From the NCBI RefSeq assembly GCF_008065095.1, contig NZ_CP042911.1, positions 3,990,001-4,022,000 of the forward strand: a stretch of 32,000 nt of DNA. Direction: 5' to 3'. Below the pieces are notes generated by a model, which had not been told where the DNA came from, did no database searches, and saw only the letters and a program-made list of their open reading frames with translations. This DNA is from Gemmata obscuriglobus. GTDB lineage: Bacteria; Planctomycetota; Planctomycetia; Gemmatales; Gemmataceae. Made by a program: the position numbers and the translations under genes. This document shows, in pieces, positions 1 to 9,623 of this stretch. The first letter of the stretch is position 1. Every line of letters starts with the position of its first letter.

Positions 1-803
1 ATGGTGCGGAGCGCGTCCTGGGCGTCGCGGAAGAGGGTCTTCAGGTTCGGTTCTTCGGGCACGAGCGGGGGTTGGGTCGAGACGAACCCGACGGGCAGCT
101 CCGCGCCGATCGGAGCCGCCCCCGGCGCGGGCGGTCCCTTGGGGGGAACCGGACCGTCGGGGCCGAGAATGTTCTGAATCTTGGCGTTGGTTTTGCGCAG
201 CTCGGGGATGAACGCGCGGACGTCCTTGAACAGCGCGGTCGCCTCGTCGGCGGTGGCCTCGATCCGCGGGCCGACCTCGCTCAGCCGTTCCAGTTTCTCG
301 AACGCCTTGGTCATGCGTTCGAGCGACTGCTGCGCGTTCTGGAGCGCGTTCGACGCCGGGGCCACGAGGCTCCGCGGGGTGATCGGCGTGACGCCCGGGA
401 TTTCGCTGCCCGGCGGCCAGTCCTCCCCGCGCGGAACGGGCTGGCTGTCGGGACCGAGCTTCGGAAGGAAGTCCACCGCGGTGTCGCCGCTGAGCAGCCC
501 GCGGGTGATGTGCGCTTCTTCCGACTTCCGCGGCAGGTACTTGCGGTCGAGTTCGATGCGCACCCGCACCTGCCCGCTCTCGGGATCGAGTTCAACCCCC
601 GTGACCTGGCCGATGCGGACGCCCGATTTGCGGATCGGCGTGCCCGGCCCGAGCCCCGGCGCTTCGGAGAAAAGGACCGAGTATTTGACGTCGGACGAAA
701 ACACACGGGGCGTGCCGCCGAATAGTACGACGAGGCCCGCGAGCGCGAGCAGCGACGCGCCCATGAACAGCCCCAACCGCATCCGTAGCGCACGCTCGGC
801 CAT
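1..803 (-). CDS. MlaD/Mce-family (MCE domain) protein, N-terminal part; the 3' end runs off the window
   Basis: Minus-strand frame is open from the ATG (revcomp of 801-803) to the window edge. It is absent from the ORF track because there is no stop in the window. Translation begins MAERALRMRLGLFMGASLLALAGLVVLFGG (TM anchor), then YSVLFSEAPGLGPGTPIRKSGVRIGQVTGVELDPESGQVRVRIELDRKY, which is typical of an MlaD/Mce core. Confidence 0.7.
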   Translation of the reverse strand, partial: MAERALRMRLGLFMGASLLALAGLVVLFGGTPRVFSSDVKYSVLFSEAPGLGPGTPIRKSGVRIGQVTGVELDPESGQVRVRIELDRKYLPRKSEEAHITRGLLSGDTAVDFLPKLGPDSQPVPRGEDWPPGSEIPGVTPITPRSLVAPASNALQNAQQSLERMTKAFEKLERLSEVGPRIEATADEATALFKDVRAFIPELRKTNAKIQNILGPDGPVPPKGPPAPGAAPIGAELPVGFVSTQPPLVPEEPNLKTLFRDAQDALRT

Positions 804-908
804 TACATTTTCGTTCCAGGTTTCAGGTCCCGAGTTCCCAGCCCGTTAGAGGTAACAGAAGGCGAACCAGGTGCCTGTTAACTTGAAACTCGGAACCTGT
901 AATTGTCC

Positions 909-1526
909 CTAGCGACATTCCCGGATTCGCCGCAGGATCTGCTGCTCGAGGGCGTAGTCGCGCCCGGTGCGGATCCAGCCACCGTTCCCGGCCGTTTCGG
1001 CCGTAACCACTTCCACCTGCCGGTCCACGGTGGGCGCCTCCTGGAACACCGCGTTGCCGATGGTGGCGCGGGACGGCCGGGGCACGTCCTCGAGTTCCTT
1101 ATCGACGACAACGTACACCAGATACCCGCCGCGCTCCCCGGCGCGGATCTCGACGCTGGCGGTCTGGCGGGTGCTCTGGAAGGTGGCGAGCAGCCGCAGC
1201 CGCGGGTCCGGGTTGCCGGCCTTCCAGAACTGCTCGTACCCGGGCGCCACCCGCGGCTTCGTCGTGATGCGCCCCTCGTAGGGGTTGGGGGTGTTCAAAT
1301 CGAAGTAGTCGTCGAGCACCTCCACGCACTTCTCGAACACCTCACGGTACGACAGCGCGGTGGGCTGACCGGGGGACACGAGCACCGGGTTCTCGACCTC
1401 GGCGCGGCGGACCGCGACGGGGTTGTCGAGCGGCGGTGCGGTGGCGCACCCGACCGGCGCGAACACGGCACACGTCATTATTACAGCGACACCGGAAGGG
1501 CGCGTAACGACTCGCCGCGTGGTCAT
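909..1526 (-). CDS. hypothetical lipoprotein (signal peptide plus Cys lipobox-like site)
   Basis: 205-aa ORF with an ATG start. The N-terminus ...VAVIMTCAVFAPVGCATAP looks like a lipoprotein signal. It lies directly upstream of, and co-oriented with, the MlaD-like gene. Confidence 0.55.
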   Translation of the reverse strand: MTTRRVVTRPSGVAVIMTCAVFAPVGCATAPPLDNPVAVRRAEVENPVLVSPGQPTALSYREVFEKCVEVLDDYFDLNTPNPYEGRITTKPRVAPGYEQFWKAGNPDPRLRLLATFQSTRQTASVEIRAGERGGYLVYVVVDKELEDVPRPSRATIGNAVFQEAPTVDRQVEVVTAETAGNGGWIRTGRDYALEQQILRRIRECR

Positions 1527-1647
1527 TCGTAACGTCCCTCGGCATCAACTATTTCCGGTAGCGGCGGCGGTATGCCCGAGACCGCCGCGCCGGTCAAGAC
1601 GGGTTGCGCAGCCCGCGCGCCGAGCCGCGCGGGTGGCGCCGTGAAGT

Positions 1648-2373
1648 TTGCGTACGGGTCAATCGCGGGTGTTGCACCGGCCCCCGGGGTCGGATAGCCT
1701 TTTCAAAAATACCGTGCGGGTCGAGCCCCACATCCTCACGAGATGCCCCGTGGCCAAGACGTGTCCCAGTTGCGGGTACAGCCCCATCGGATCGTTTACC
1801 GACAACTGCCCGCTCTGCGCGGAGCCGGTCGGCTCGGCTTGTGGCCGGCGGCGCTCGTGCGGCCCCGACGAAACCGGCGCGCTGTCGCCCACGGCCCGCC
1901 GGGCCATCGGCGGCGGTTTCCTGGTGATGTTCGTACTTGCCGGGTGCTACGGACTGGGAATATGGGGCGGCAACCGCACTGACCGGGACGTCGAACGGCA
2001 GATGGCCGAGGTGCGGGCGCAAATCGAAGCCGACCGCAAAATCCGCACCCTCGGTGTTTCTGCCACGCAGCTCCTCCAAGAGTTCCAAACCGATCCGACC
2101 GCCGCGGACCAGAAGTACCGCCGCAAGTACCTCGAAATCGACGGCGTGATCGAGCGCAACGGCACCGACCGCGAGGACGACACCCCGTTCCTGGTGTTGC
2201 ACGCCGGCGACGACGGCGCCAGGCTCCGGATCGAGTGCTTCTTCGACATGGCAGACGAGGACGAAGAGTCACAACTCAAGCGACTGAAAAAGGGCGACCG
2301 GGTGACCGTCCGCGGCGAGTACGGCGGGCAGGTCAGTAACGTGCACGTTCGGGCCTGCACGCTGGCAAAGTGA
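1648..2373 (+). CDS. zinc-ribbon / single-TM / C-terminal OB-fold (tRNA_anti-like type) protein; start codon uncertain
   Basis: 241-aa ORF. It contains CPSCG...CPLC (a zinc-ribbon pair), a TM helix GGGFLVMFVLAGCYGLGIW, and a C-terminus AADQKYRRKYLEIDGVIE...GDRVTVRGEY that resembles the tRNA_anti-like OB-fold family. There is no ATG before the TM helix, so the true start is a TTG or GTG somewhere in 1648-1750. Confidence 0.5.
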   Translation: MRTGQSRVLHRPPGSDSLFKNTVRVEPHILTRCPVAKTCPSCGYSPIGSFTDNCPLCAEPVGSACGRRRSCGPDETGALSPTARRAIGGGFLVMFVLAGCYGLGIWGGNRTDRDVERQMAEVRAQIEADRKIRTLGVSATQLLQEFQTDPTAADQKYRRKYLEIDGVIERNGTDREDDTPFLVLHAGDDGARLRIECFFDMADEDEESQLKRLKKGDRVTVRGEYGGQVSNVHVRACTLAK

Positions 2374-2385
2374 CCTGCGGCCGTG

Positions 2386-3024
2386 ATGAATCTGCTTTAC
2401 CCGACTCTGAGAGCGAACCAACTGGCCCCGATGGCCCGGGTTTCGCTCTGTTGCGCACTCGTCGCGGGCGCCTACGGCGCGCTGCACGATCAAATCAGCT
2501 ACGCCATCTCACCGGAGTACTTCACGAAATTGAAGGTGCACCAGTTCGCCTACGCGGACTTCGGGTGGCCGCCCCGGGCGTTCGCTTCGGTGGTCGGGTT
2601 CCTCGGGACGTGGTGGGTCGGGCTGCTGGCCGGGTGGTTCTTGTCCCGGGTCGGGCTGATCGAACTTCCGCCCGAGCGGCGCCGGCGGTGCCTGTTTCGT
2701 GCGTTCGGACTCGTGCTGTCCGGGGCGGCCGTCGGTGGACTCGCCGGCGCCACCGTCGGTGTTGCCACCACCTGGGACGGCGACCTCCGCGGCTGGCAGC
2801 ATTGGCGAACCGAGATCGGCATCGAAGACCTGCGCGGGTTCGCGATCGTAGCCCAGTTGCACGCCGGAGGATACCTCGGCGCACTGGCCGGTGCGATCTG
2901 CGCCTTCATTGATGTGCGCCGCCATCGCGCCCGCGCGGAAGGGAAGGGGAGCGCCCCTGGGCACGAGCCGCCGGGCACAGCTACGCCAGCGCCTTATCGA
3001 CCACCACACCGCCAACATCTGTGA
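2386..3024 (+). CDS. hypothetical integral membrane protein
   Basis: ORF with an ATG at 2386 (GTG at 2383) and several hydrophobic helices ([64 protein letters not shown]). It starts 10 nt after the stop of the preceding gene. Its 3' end overlaps the convergent DUF1501 gene by 44 nt. Confidence 0.45.
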   Translation: MNLLYPTLRANQLAPMARVSLCCALVAGAYGALHDQISYAISPEYFTKLKVHQFAYADFGWPPRAFASVVGFLGTWWVGLLAGWFLSRVGLIELPPERRRRCLFRAFGLVLSGAAVGGLAGATVGVATTWDGDLRGWQHWRTEIGIEDLRGFAIVAQLHAGGYLGALAGAICAFIDVRRHRARAEGKGSAPGHEPPGTATPAPYRPPHRQHL

Positions 3025-4420
3025 GGCGCTCGTCGCGCCCGCTGTGCCGGTACGTCAACTGCTCGTGATCCAGACCCAGCAGGTGGAGAATGGTCGCGTG
3101 GAAGTCGTTCACGGAAATCAGGTCATCGACCGCGTTCAGCCCGAACTCGTCGGTCGTGCCCACGGTGGCCCCGCCCTTGGCACCGCCACCGGCGAGCCAC
3201 ATCGTGTAACCAAGTGGGTTGTGGTCGCGGCCCTTACCGCCCTGGCTGTTCGGCGTCCGTCCGAACTCGCTGCACCACACGACCAGCGTGTCCCTGAGCA
3301 TCCCCCGCTGCTTCAGGTCCTTTAACAGCGCCGCGATCGGCCGATCGACGTGCCCGCACATCTTCTCGTGGTTGGCGTTCACGTCGTCGTGGGCGTCCCA
3401 CTGCGTCACGATCGGCCCGCCGCCGCTGTACACGGTGACGAACCGGACGCCCCGTTCCACGAGCCGCCGGGCGAGCAGGAGGCGCGTGCCGAAATCCGCG
3501 GTGGCCTTCTCGTCGAGGCCGTAAGCCTTCTTGGTCGCCTCGGTCTCCTTCGCGAGATCGACCGCATCGGGCGCATGCCGCTGCATCTTGAACGCCAGCT
3601 CGTAGCTCGCGGTGCGGGCGTTCAGTTCCGCGTCGGCGCCCGCCTGTGCGGCGTTGAGCTTCTGCACGAGTTCGAACTGCCGCCGGTTCTGTTCCGCGCC
3701 GGTGTCCGCGGGCGGCTGCAAGTTGATGATGGGGTTCGGCCCGCGACGCATCAGCGTGCCCTGGTAAACGGGCGGGAGGAACGCGTTCGACCAGCACGGC
3801 GCGCCGCCCTCGGGCACGCCCTCCGGCTGCGGCATGACGCAGTACGCGGGCAGGTTCTCGTTCACGCTTCCCAGACCGTAGGTGACCCAGCTCCCGAGGC
3901 TCGGCCAGCCCATCAGGGTGCGTCCGCTGTGCAGCTCGTACATTGCCGGCGCGTGAACCGTGTTGCTGCACCAGCACGACCGCAAGAAACAGATGTCGTC
4001 GGCGCACGTCGCGAGGTGCGGCATGAGATCGGACACCTCCGCGCCGCTCGCGCCGTGCTTCTTGAACGTTCGCGTGCTGGGCAGGATCACCTCCTGCCCG
4101 GTGGTGAACTGGCTCTTGGGCCGCCCCGTGGACTCCGGGAGCGGCTTGCCGGCCCACTTGGCGAGCGCGGGCTTCGGGTCGAACAGGTCCATCTGGCTCG
4201 GGCCGCCGACCATGAACAGGAAGATGACGCGCTTGGCCTTCGGCTCGAAGTGCGGCTTCTTCGCGGCGAGCGGGTTTACGACGGGCGCGCCCCGCGGCCC
4301 CGCCTCGGCGCCGCGGGCGTCGCGCGCCAGGAGGTAGTTCAGCGCGATCCCGCCGAGCCCGCCGCCGGACCGGAACAGGAACTCGCGCCGGGACGCCGCG
4401 TGCGGGAAGTGGGTGTTCAT
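2981..4420 (-). CDS. DUF1501 domain protein (sulfatase-like fold, Tat-type signal)
   Basis: I place the start at the internal ATG (revcomp of 4418-4420), giving [31 protein letters not shown], a twin-arginine-like signal. The body ([20 protein letters not shown] ... [16 protein letters not shown]) is typical DUF1501. The 106-codon upstream extension in the ORF track is Arg/Ser-rich junk. Confidence 0.85.
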   Translation of the reverse strand: MNTHFPHAASRREFLFRSGGGLGGIALNYLLARDARGAEAGPRGAPVVNPLAAKKPHFEPKAKRVIFLFMVGGPSQMDLFDPKPALAKWAGKPLPESTGRPKSQFTTGQEVILPSTRTFKKHGASGAEVSDLMPHLATCADDICFLRSCWCSNTVHAPAMYELHSGRTLMGWPSLGSWVTYGLGSVNENLPAYCVMPQPEGVPEGGAPCWSNAFLPPVYQGTLMRRGPNPIINLQPPADTGAEQNRRQFELVQKLNAAQAGADAELNARTASYELAFKMQRHAPDAVDLAKETEATKKAYGLDEKATADFGTRLLLARRLVERGVRFVTVYSGGGPIVTQWDAHDDVNANHEKMCGHVDRPIAALLKDLKQRGMLRDTLVVWCSEFGRTPNSQGGKGRDHNPLGYTMWLAGGGAKGGATVGTTDEFGLNAVDDLISVNDFHATILHLLGLDHEQLTYRHSGRDERLTDVGGVVVDKALA

Positions 4421-4565
4421 GTCGCCAGCGTACACGGCCCGTAACGGACGTGCAAGAACGCGGAACCGGTGCTTCCACGCCGACCGGTTCACACCCGGCG
4501 CGGAAGCACCTGTACTCTGCATATGGAGGCGGCGCGTCACTGCTGCGCACATCTGATGCGTGCCG

Positions 4566-5945
4566 TTATGTCCGACCGTTTGGCGGCTTCGGCTGGAGCA
4601 GCTTGTGAATCGAGGTGTGCCCCCCAGACTTTCGCGGCGGAGGCTTCTCCGGTCGCGGCTTCTGGTTCGGCACCTTGGCCCACTTCGGCGACCATTGCGT
4701 GGAGAGCAACTCTCGCACGCGACCGCGCACCCGCTCATCGCCGCCCGGCACCGGGAGGGCGGCGGTCACCTCGTCGAGCGTCAGCACCTCGTGCAACCCG
4801 ATCAACTCACGGGTCATGTCCGCGAGCGCCTGCTCGGCGGACACATCCTCAACGGGCGTGGGCTCGGGGCGACCGGCCGTGATGTACGCTCGCACCAGTT
4901 GCAGCACGTTGAACAGTACCAGGCACAGGGCCCCCTGGAACACGGTCGCGGGCGGACGGCACCCGATCAGTCGTTGCAGGTGGAGCACCTCGGTGATCTG
5001 TTGGAACACGTTCTCGATTTGCCACCGCGTGAGGTACACCGCCAGCAGATCGGCGCCGGGGTGCCGTCGGTCGTCGAGCCGGTCCGTAATCACCCCCACG
5101 TCCTCGTCGCCCGGGCGGATCAGGGTGACCCGTCGCACGTACAACCGGCGCTCCCCTTGCCCTTCGGCCCCGAGCCACCCCCACTCCTGACGAACCGCGC
5201 GGCCGTCATCATCCGTGCCCGTGACCGGGGCCCGCGTCGGGTCCGGGTGGAACCCCGTGTTGTGCCCGTACCGGACCGCGAAGTGGTCTCCGTCGGCGGC
5301 GAACCGACGGGGCTGGATCAGGTCGCAGAACTGGCGGTCGGCCACCCACCGCCGTGGCCCCGTCACCACCTCACGGACGGTCGGCAACAGAGCCGGAATG
5401 GACCGGATGTCATTGGCCTCCCCGTCAACATCGGCAGCCAGACCGACCGCCACGCCCTCGGCGGGTAGGTACGCGACCAGCAACTTCCCGCCGTATAGTT
5501 TGCCCGGCTGGTTCCGGGTCGGGAGCAGCCGCTTGGCCACCCTCTTGATCTTCTTCCCATCGACCACCACCACCGACAGCCCGCTCAGGCTGGCCGGCAC
5601 AGCGGCCGGCCGGGCGTCCGCCGGGAGCAGCGGGCGGAGGCGCGGGGTGAGGGTGGTAAGGAGGGCCTCGGCCAGCGGCAACGGGAGGCGCGCGAGTTTG
5701 CCGTACACGGCCCGCACTTGGCACGAGATCTGGTTCCGCTGGACCGCGTCGAGGATGGCCCCGCGACCGTGGCCCCGGTACCGGGTGAGGGCGTCGGCGA
5801 GCACCCGGACCAACTCGGCGAAGGTGAGCTGGTCCTCGTAGCACCGACCCCGATACCGGTCGAACAGGTCCGCGAGGACGGCGTCCGAGGCGAGGTACCC
5901 CCATACGGTGTAAAACGCCTCGGCCAGCGGTAGGCGGTGTAGCAC
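4566..5945 (-). pseudogene. IS4-family DDE transposase of copy 1, split by the ISAs1-1 insertion (first 17 codons lie at 12255-12205)
   Basis: 459 codons, paralogous to the intact 481-aa ORF at 7622-9067 (LHRLPLAEAFYTVWGYLASDAVLADLFDRYRGRCYED vs LEGLPLAHASLALFAYGVPDPVLADLYERHRGRGYED). It carries the YLTRWQIENVF motif. The frame continues across the 10-bp duplication into 12205-12255 (GTG start; VPSATGTASAANGFSAE). Confidence 0.8.
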
Positions 5946-5957
5946 CAGGGCTACTCA

Positions 5958-6846
5958 GTGACTGTCCCATATGTGGCGGTTGGGTGGGTAGAATGGTCCA
6001 TGCGAACCCAATCCTACCCGAGCGACGTGACCGACGAGCAGTGGGGGCTCATCGAGCCACACATCCCCGTGTACCCCGGCGGCCGTCCCCGCACCACCGC
6101 CCTGCGGGACGTCACCGACGCGGTCTTCTACGTGCTGCGGACCGGTTGCCAGTGGCGGTACCGGCCCAAGGACTTCCCGCCCAAGTCCACGGTCGGGCGG
6201 TACTTCGACGAGTGGCGACACAACGGCACCCGCGACACGATCCATGACCTTCTCCGCAAAAAGGTCCGCACCGCCGAGAGGCCGTACTCGCCCCGGACGA
6301 CCGCGAGCGTGGATAGCCAGTCGGTGGACACGACCTCCGGCGGCGAGGAGCGGGGCCGGGACAACGCCAAGAACGTGGACGGGCGGAAGCGGCACATCCT
6401 CGTGGATTCCATGGGGTTGCTGCTGGCCGTGCTGGTGACGGCCGCGAGCGTCGATGATGCCAAGGCGGCGGCCGAACTGTTCGGCCGGCTGGACGAGCAA
6501 CCGATGGGGAAGGTGCGCCGGGTGTTCGCCGACCGCAAGTACCACAACTACGCCCTGTACGAGTGGGTCGAGACGAACGCCCGGTGGGAGCTGGTCATCG
6601 TCCGCCGCCCGGACGGGGCCAAGGGGTGGGTGAAGTTACCGCGGCGGTGGACGGTGGAGCGGACGTTCGCCTGGCTGGGGACGTGCCGGCGGTTGTCCAA
6701 GGACCGGGAGAAGACGGTGCGGTCGTCGGAGGCGTTCGTCAAGTTGGCCATGATCCACCTGATGCTCAACCGGCTTGAGCCGAAAGGGGGCGACGCCGAG
6801 TTTCAATACCACACGGTGGCATAAATCTCACATATGGGACAGTCAC
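5958..6846 (+). mobile_element. IS5-family element (IS427/IS1031-like), apparently complete, 889 bp
   Basis: Perfect 18-bp IRs: GTGACTGTCCCATATGTG at 5958-5975 and its reverse complement at 6829-6846. A 3-bp TSD, TCA, lies at 5955-5957 and 6847-6849 (a TNA-type target). Confidence 0.85.
6000..6824 (+). CDS. IS5-family transposase (DUF4096 N-terminus plus DDE)
   Basis: ATG at 6000. The sequence MRTQSYPSDVTDEQWGLIEPHIP...RDVTDAVFYVLRTGCQWRYRPKDFPPKSTVGRYFDEWR...DSQSV...ADRKY...RWTVERTFAWL is typical of an IS5-family protein. 274 aa with no lesions. Confidence 0.85.
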   Translation: MRTQSYPSDVTDEQWGLIEPHIPVYPGGRPRTTALRDVTDAVFYVLRTGCQWRYRPKDFPPKSTVGRYFDEWRHNGTRDTIHDLLRKKVRTAERPYSPRTTASVDSQSVDTTSGGEERGRDNAKNVDGRKRHILVDSMGLLLAVLVTAASVDDAKAAAELFGRLDEQPMGKVRRVFADRKYHNYALYEWVETNARWELVIVRRPDGAKGWVKLPRRWTVERTFAWLGTCRRLSKDREKTVRSSEAFVKLAMIHLMLNRLEPKGGDAEFQYHTVA

Positions 6847-7600
6847 TCAGAGATTGAAGCCGGGGCGTTGAGCAGGTCCAAGGCGAGGTCGGGGCGAGCG
6901 ACCATGGCCCGGGTTGCCGCCGCCACACTGGGGTGTTCGGTGTTCCGCAACAGGTACACCGCGACATTCCGCAGCGACGCCAACGCGCGTGGGGCCGGAC
7001 CGCGCCGCACCCGGCACCGGTCCTCCCCGAGCGTCACGTCGCGGGTGTAATGCAACCCGTTCTCGATACCCCAGTGGCCGCGCGAGTAACCTAACAGTGC
7101 ACCCGCGTCGGCCGCCAACGTGCTGAGGCTGGTGATCCCGTACACCACCTCCACCGTGGCCTTCCCGTTCGCCTTCCGCCGCCGCTCGAGCCGGAACGCC
7201 TGTCCCACACCCGGCCAGTTGCTCAAGTACCCGTTGAGCCACGTGGTGGTGGTAATGGTCCGCCGCTCGACACGCCCGTGTCCCTTGCCTTGGTCGGTTG
7301 CCGTGCCCGCGTGTTCAGCCCACTGTGCCTGAACCGAGGGGGGAAAAGCCGCCCGACTCGGCGGCGAACGCGGTCTCGATGTCCCGCCGCAGTTCGGACT
7401 GGTTCCCCTTGGCGTAGAGGATGTAATCGCCGCCCTTGTGGAGTACCTTCGCGCACACGTCGGCGTGGGTGAAGATGGCGTCGCCCGTGACCACCGACCC
7501 GCCCAGCGGGGGCAGCACGTCCAGCAACCGCAGGGCCGCCTGGTGCTCGTTGGTGGTGGCTTCGACGGTCATCTGAGCGATCACCCCGGAGGCCTGGGGG
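6843..7600 (-). pseudogene. ISAs1-1 transposase, C-terminal two thirds (frame change near 7338-7343)
   Basis: The upstream frame reads GVIAQMTVEATTNEHQAALRLLDVLPPLGGSVVTGDAIFTHADVCAKVLHKGGDYILYAKGNQSELRRDIETAFAAESGGFSP. The +1 frame then reads ...TDQGKGHGRVERRTITTTTWLNGYLSNWPGVGQAFRLERRRK...HWGIENGLHYTRDVTLGEDRCRVR. The stop codon now sits in the IS5 right IR. Confidence 0.8.
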
Positions 7601-9197
7601 CAGTGCTGTGCACAACTGAGTTCAGGGATCCTCGTTGGGCTTGTGGGCTTGTCGACGCCGTTGGACGGAGGTGTGTGCCCCCTTCTGTTTCGCGGCGTGC
7701 GGGTGGGCACGGGGCGCCTTGTTGCGTGTCTTGTCCCAGCCCGGCTTCCACATCGTGCCCAATAACTGATCCAACAACGTTCCCACACTCTCTGCCGTCT
7801 GATCCGTCGGGATCAGGGACACGATCATCGACACCTCGACCAACTCCTTGAGCGCGGCCAACTGACGATGCCAGTCCGTGCAGAACTGCGCCGTCGAGAG
7901 GTCGTCGATGGTCACCTTCCGCTTCGCAACCACATAGCCCTGGAGGACCTGCACCACGTTCGCGAGGACGAAACACATCGACGCCTGAAACACGGTCGCC
8001 TCCGGTGTCGAACCGATGAACCGACCCAGGGCGAAGATCGCCGTCACCTTTTGGAACGTGCCTTCGATGGTCCACCGGATGCGGTACAGGTCCAACAGAT
8101 CGGTCGCCGGGTATGGGGCCGAATCGAGCAGGTCCGTGAGGATTGTAATCGCTTCGCCCACCGGGCGCGCGACGGTGATCCGCCGGACGTACCGGCGGAG
8201 CTTGTCCTTGGGCTTCCCGGCCCACCCCCATTCTTCGACCACGGCTCGTTGGGATGGGTCCGCGGTCGTGACCGCGGGGCGCTTCGGGTCGGGTTCGAAC
8301 GACAGGGTCCGCGCGTACCGCACCACGAAATGACCATTGTCCTTGGTGAACTCGGCGAAGTGCTTCGACGCACAGAACAACCGATCCCCGACCACCAGTT
8401 TCGCCGGACCGCCTCGGGCGTGCACTCGGGGCATCAAATCGGGGATCAGTTTGGCCTCGTTGGTTTCGCCATCGAGATCGGCCGCCATGTCGAGCACCAA
8501 CCCGTCACGGGGCCGGTACGCCACGAGCAGTTTTCCGCCCAAGAGCTTGCCCGGTGTGCCCCGCGTGTCGACGAGTCGCTTGGCCACCTTCTTGAGACTC
8601 TTGCCGTCGAGGATCAGAACCTCCAGGCGGTCGAAGGAGGTCGGAAGGCGGTGCGCGACGACCTCGGGGAACAGGGCGGTGAACCGGTCGGTGACGTCCC
8701 GCAGGAACGCTTCGCTCAGGCCCCGGGGGATGCGCCGGAGCTTGCCGTAGAACGCTTCGTGGCACCCGTCGTCGGGTTGCCGGTGGCGTCGCAGGTGGGC
8801 CTGCCGCCCCGAGCCCTGGTGTTCGATGAGCGCATCGAAGATCCAGGTGACCAGTTGGGCGAAGGTCACGACGTCCTCATAGCCGCGTCCCCGATGTCGC
8901 TCGTAGAGGTCCGCGAGGACCGGGTCGGGAACGCCATAGGCGAAGAGTGCGAGCGACGCGTGGGCCAGTGGCAGGCCCTCCAGGACCTGGCGCGCGAAGT
9001 CCGTGGGCGCGTGCGGTTGGGAGCGTGGGACGCGCTGATGAGGTGGCAGAATCACGGTGACCTCCATGTCCCGGGTCGCGGACCCCGCACCACCCCGCGT
9101 CCCACGACCACTCGGTTAACCCCAATTTCGTCGCAGTGAAAACCCTAAATCAGCAATCCGCAATCAGTTATACAAATCCAAGATGTGCATAGCACTG
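7601..9197 (-). mobile_element. IS4-like element copy 2, apparently complete, 1597 bp
   Basis: IRs are CAGTGCTGTGCAC (7601-7613) and the reverse complement of CAGTGCTATGCAC (9185-9197), matching at 12 of 13 positions. A 9-bp TSD, GCCTGGGGG, lies at 7592-7600 and 9198-9206. The IRs resemble those of copy 1. Confidence 0.85.
7622..9067 (-). CDS. IS4-family DDE transposase (intact, 481 aa)
   Basis: ATG start and an uninterrupted ORF. It carries the YRIRWTIEGTFQ (Y-R-E) motif and is paralogous to 4566-5945. Confidence 0.85.
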   Translation of the reverse strand: MEVTVILPPHQRVPRSQPHAPTDFARQVLEGLPLAHASLALFAYGVPDPVLADLYERHRGRGYEDVVTFAQLVTWIFDALIEHQGSGRQAHLRRHRQPDDGCHEAFYGKLRRIPRGLSEAFLRDVTDRFTALFPEVVAHRLPTSFDRLEVLILDGKSLKKVAKRLVDTRGTPGKLLGGKLLVAYRPRDGLVLDMAADLDGETNEAKLIPDLMPRVHARGGPAKLVVGDRLFCASKHFAEFTKDNGHFVVRYARTLSFEPDPKRPAVTTADPSQRAVVEEWGWAGKPKDKLRRYVRRITVARPVGEAITILTDLLDSAPYPATDLLDLYRIRWTIEGTFQKVTAIFALGRFIGSTPEATVFQASMCFVLANVVQVLQGYVVAKRKVTIDDLSTAQFCTDWHRQLAALKELVEVSMIVSLIPTDQTAESVGTLLDQLLGTMWKPGWDKTRNKAPRAHPHAAKQKGAHTSVQRRRQAHKPNEDP

Positions 9198-9206
9198 GCC
9201 TGGGGG

Positions 9207-9532
9207 GCGTACGCGGCCAGCAGGTGGGTACCCGGTACCGCCCCGTCCCGGGACCCACACAACCGCTTCCCGTCCAACGCGATGTGGTCCCACCCGTCCG
9301 GGTGCCGATCCCCGAGCCATGCACCGATGATCCGGTCCAGGTGGTCGGCGTCCAACTTCCGCAGCAACCCGGCGATGGTATTGGCGCACGGCATGTTGCC
9401 GTTCTGGAACCCCAGCGCATGGCCCAACCGCTTCGGCCGCAGCCGACCGAACTGCGAGATGGCCTCGGGCGTGGTATGCCCGGCCATCACCGCCACCAGG
9501 CACAGAGTCAACAGCCCCACCAGCGGGTACTG
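9207..9532 (-). pseudogene. ISAs1-1 transposase, N-proximal segment (between the IS4-like-2 and ISAs1-2 insertions)
   Basis: Reads QYPLVGLLTLCLVAVMAGHTTPEAISQFGRLRPKRLGHALGF...HIALDGKRLCGSRDGAVPGTHLLAAYAPQAS, the DDE_Tnp_1_assoc-type N-terminal region of ISAs1 proteins. It joins in frame to 7600 on one side and to 12055-12117 on the other once the nested elements and one TSD copy are removed. Confidence 0.8.
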
Positions 9533-9623
9533 GCGCCCGTGGCAGGGCCTTTCCTTATTTCACCTTGCTTACACGAGGGAACGTGGCTATATGGGGCGCC
9601 TTCTCGCAGCCAGGAAGGTACCC

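Noticed and set aside
4421-4738. N-terminal 106-codon extension of the DUF1501 ORF (the 585-aa version); likewise the 170-codon extension of the PIN/TRAM ORF (21726-22235) and the 85-codon extension at 23624-23878
   Set aside because: The extensions are Arg/Ser-rich, overlap the IS4-like-1 end or neighbouring genes, and precede internal ATGs that give sensible signal peptides or TM segments, or ATGA coupling with the upstream gene.
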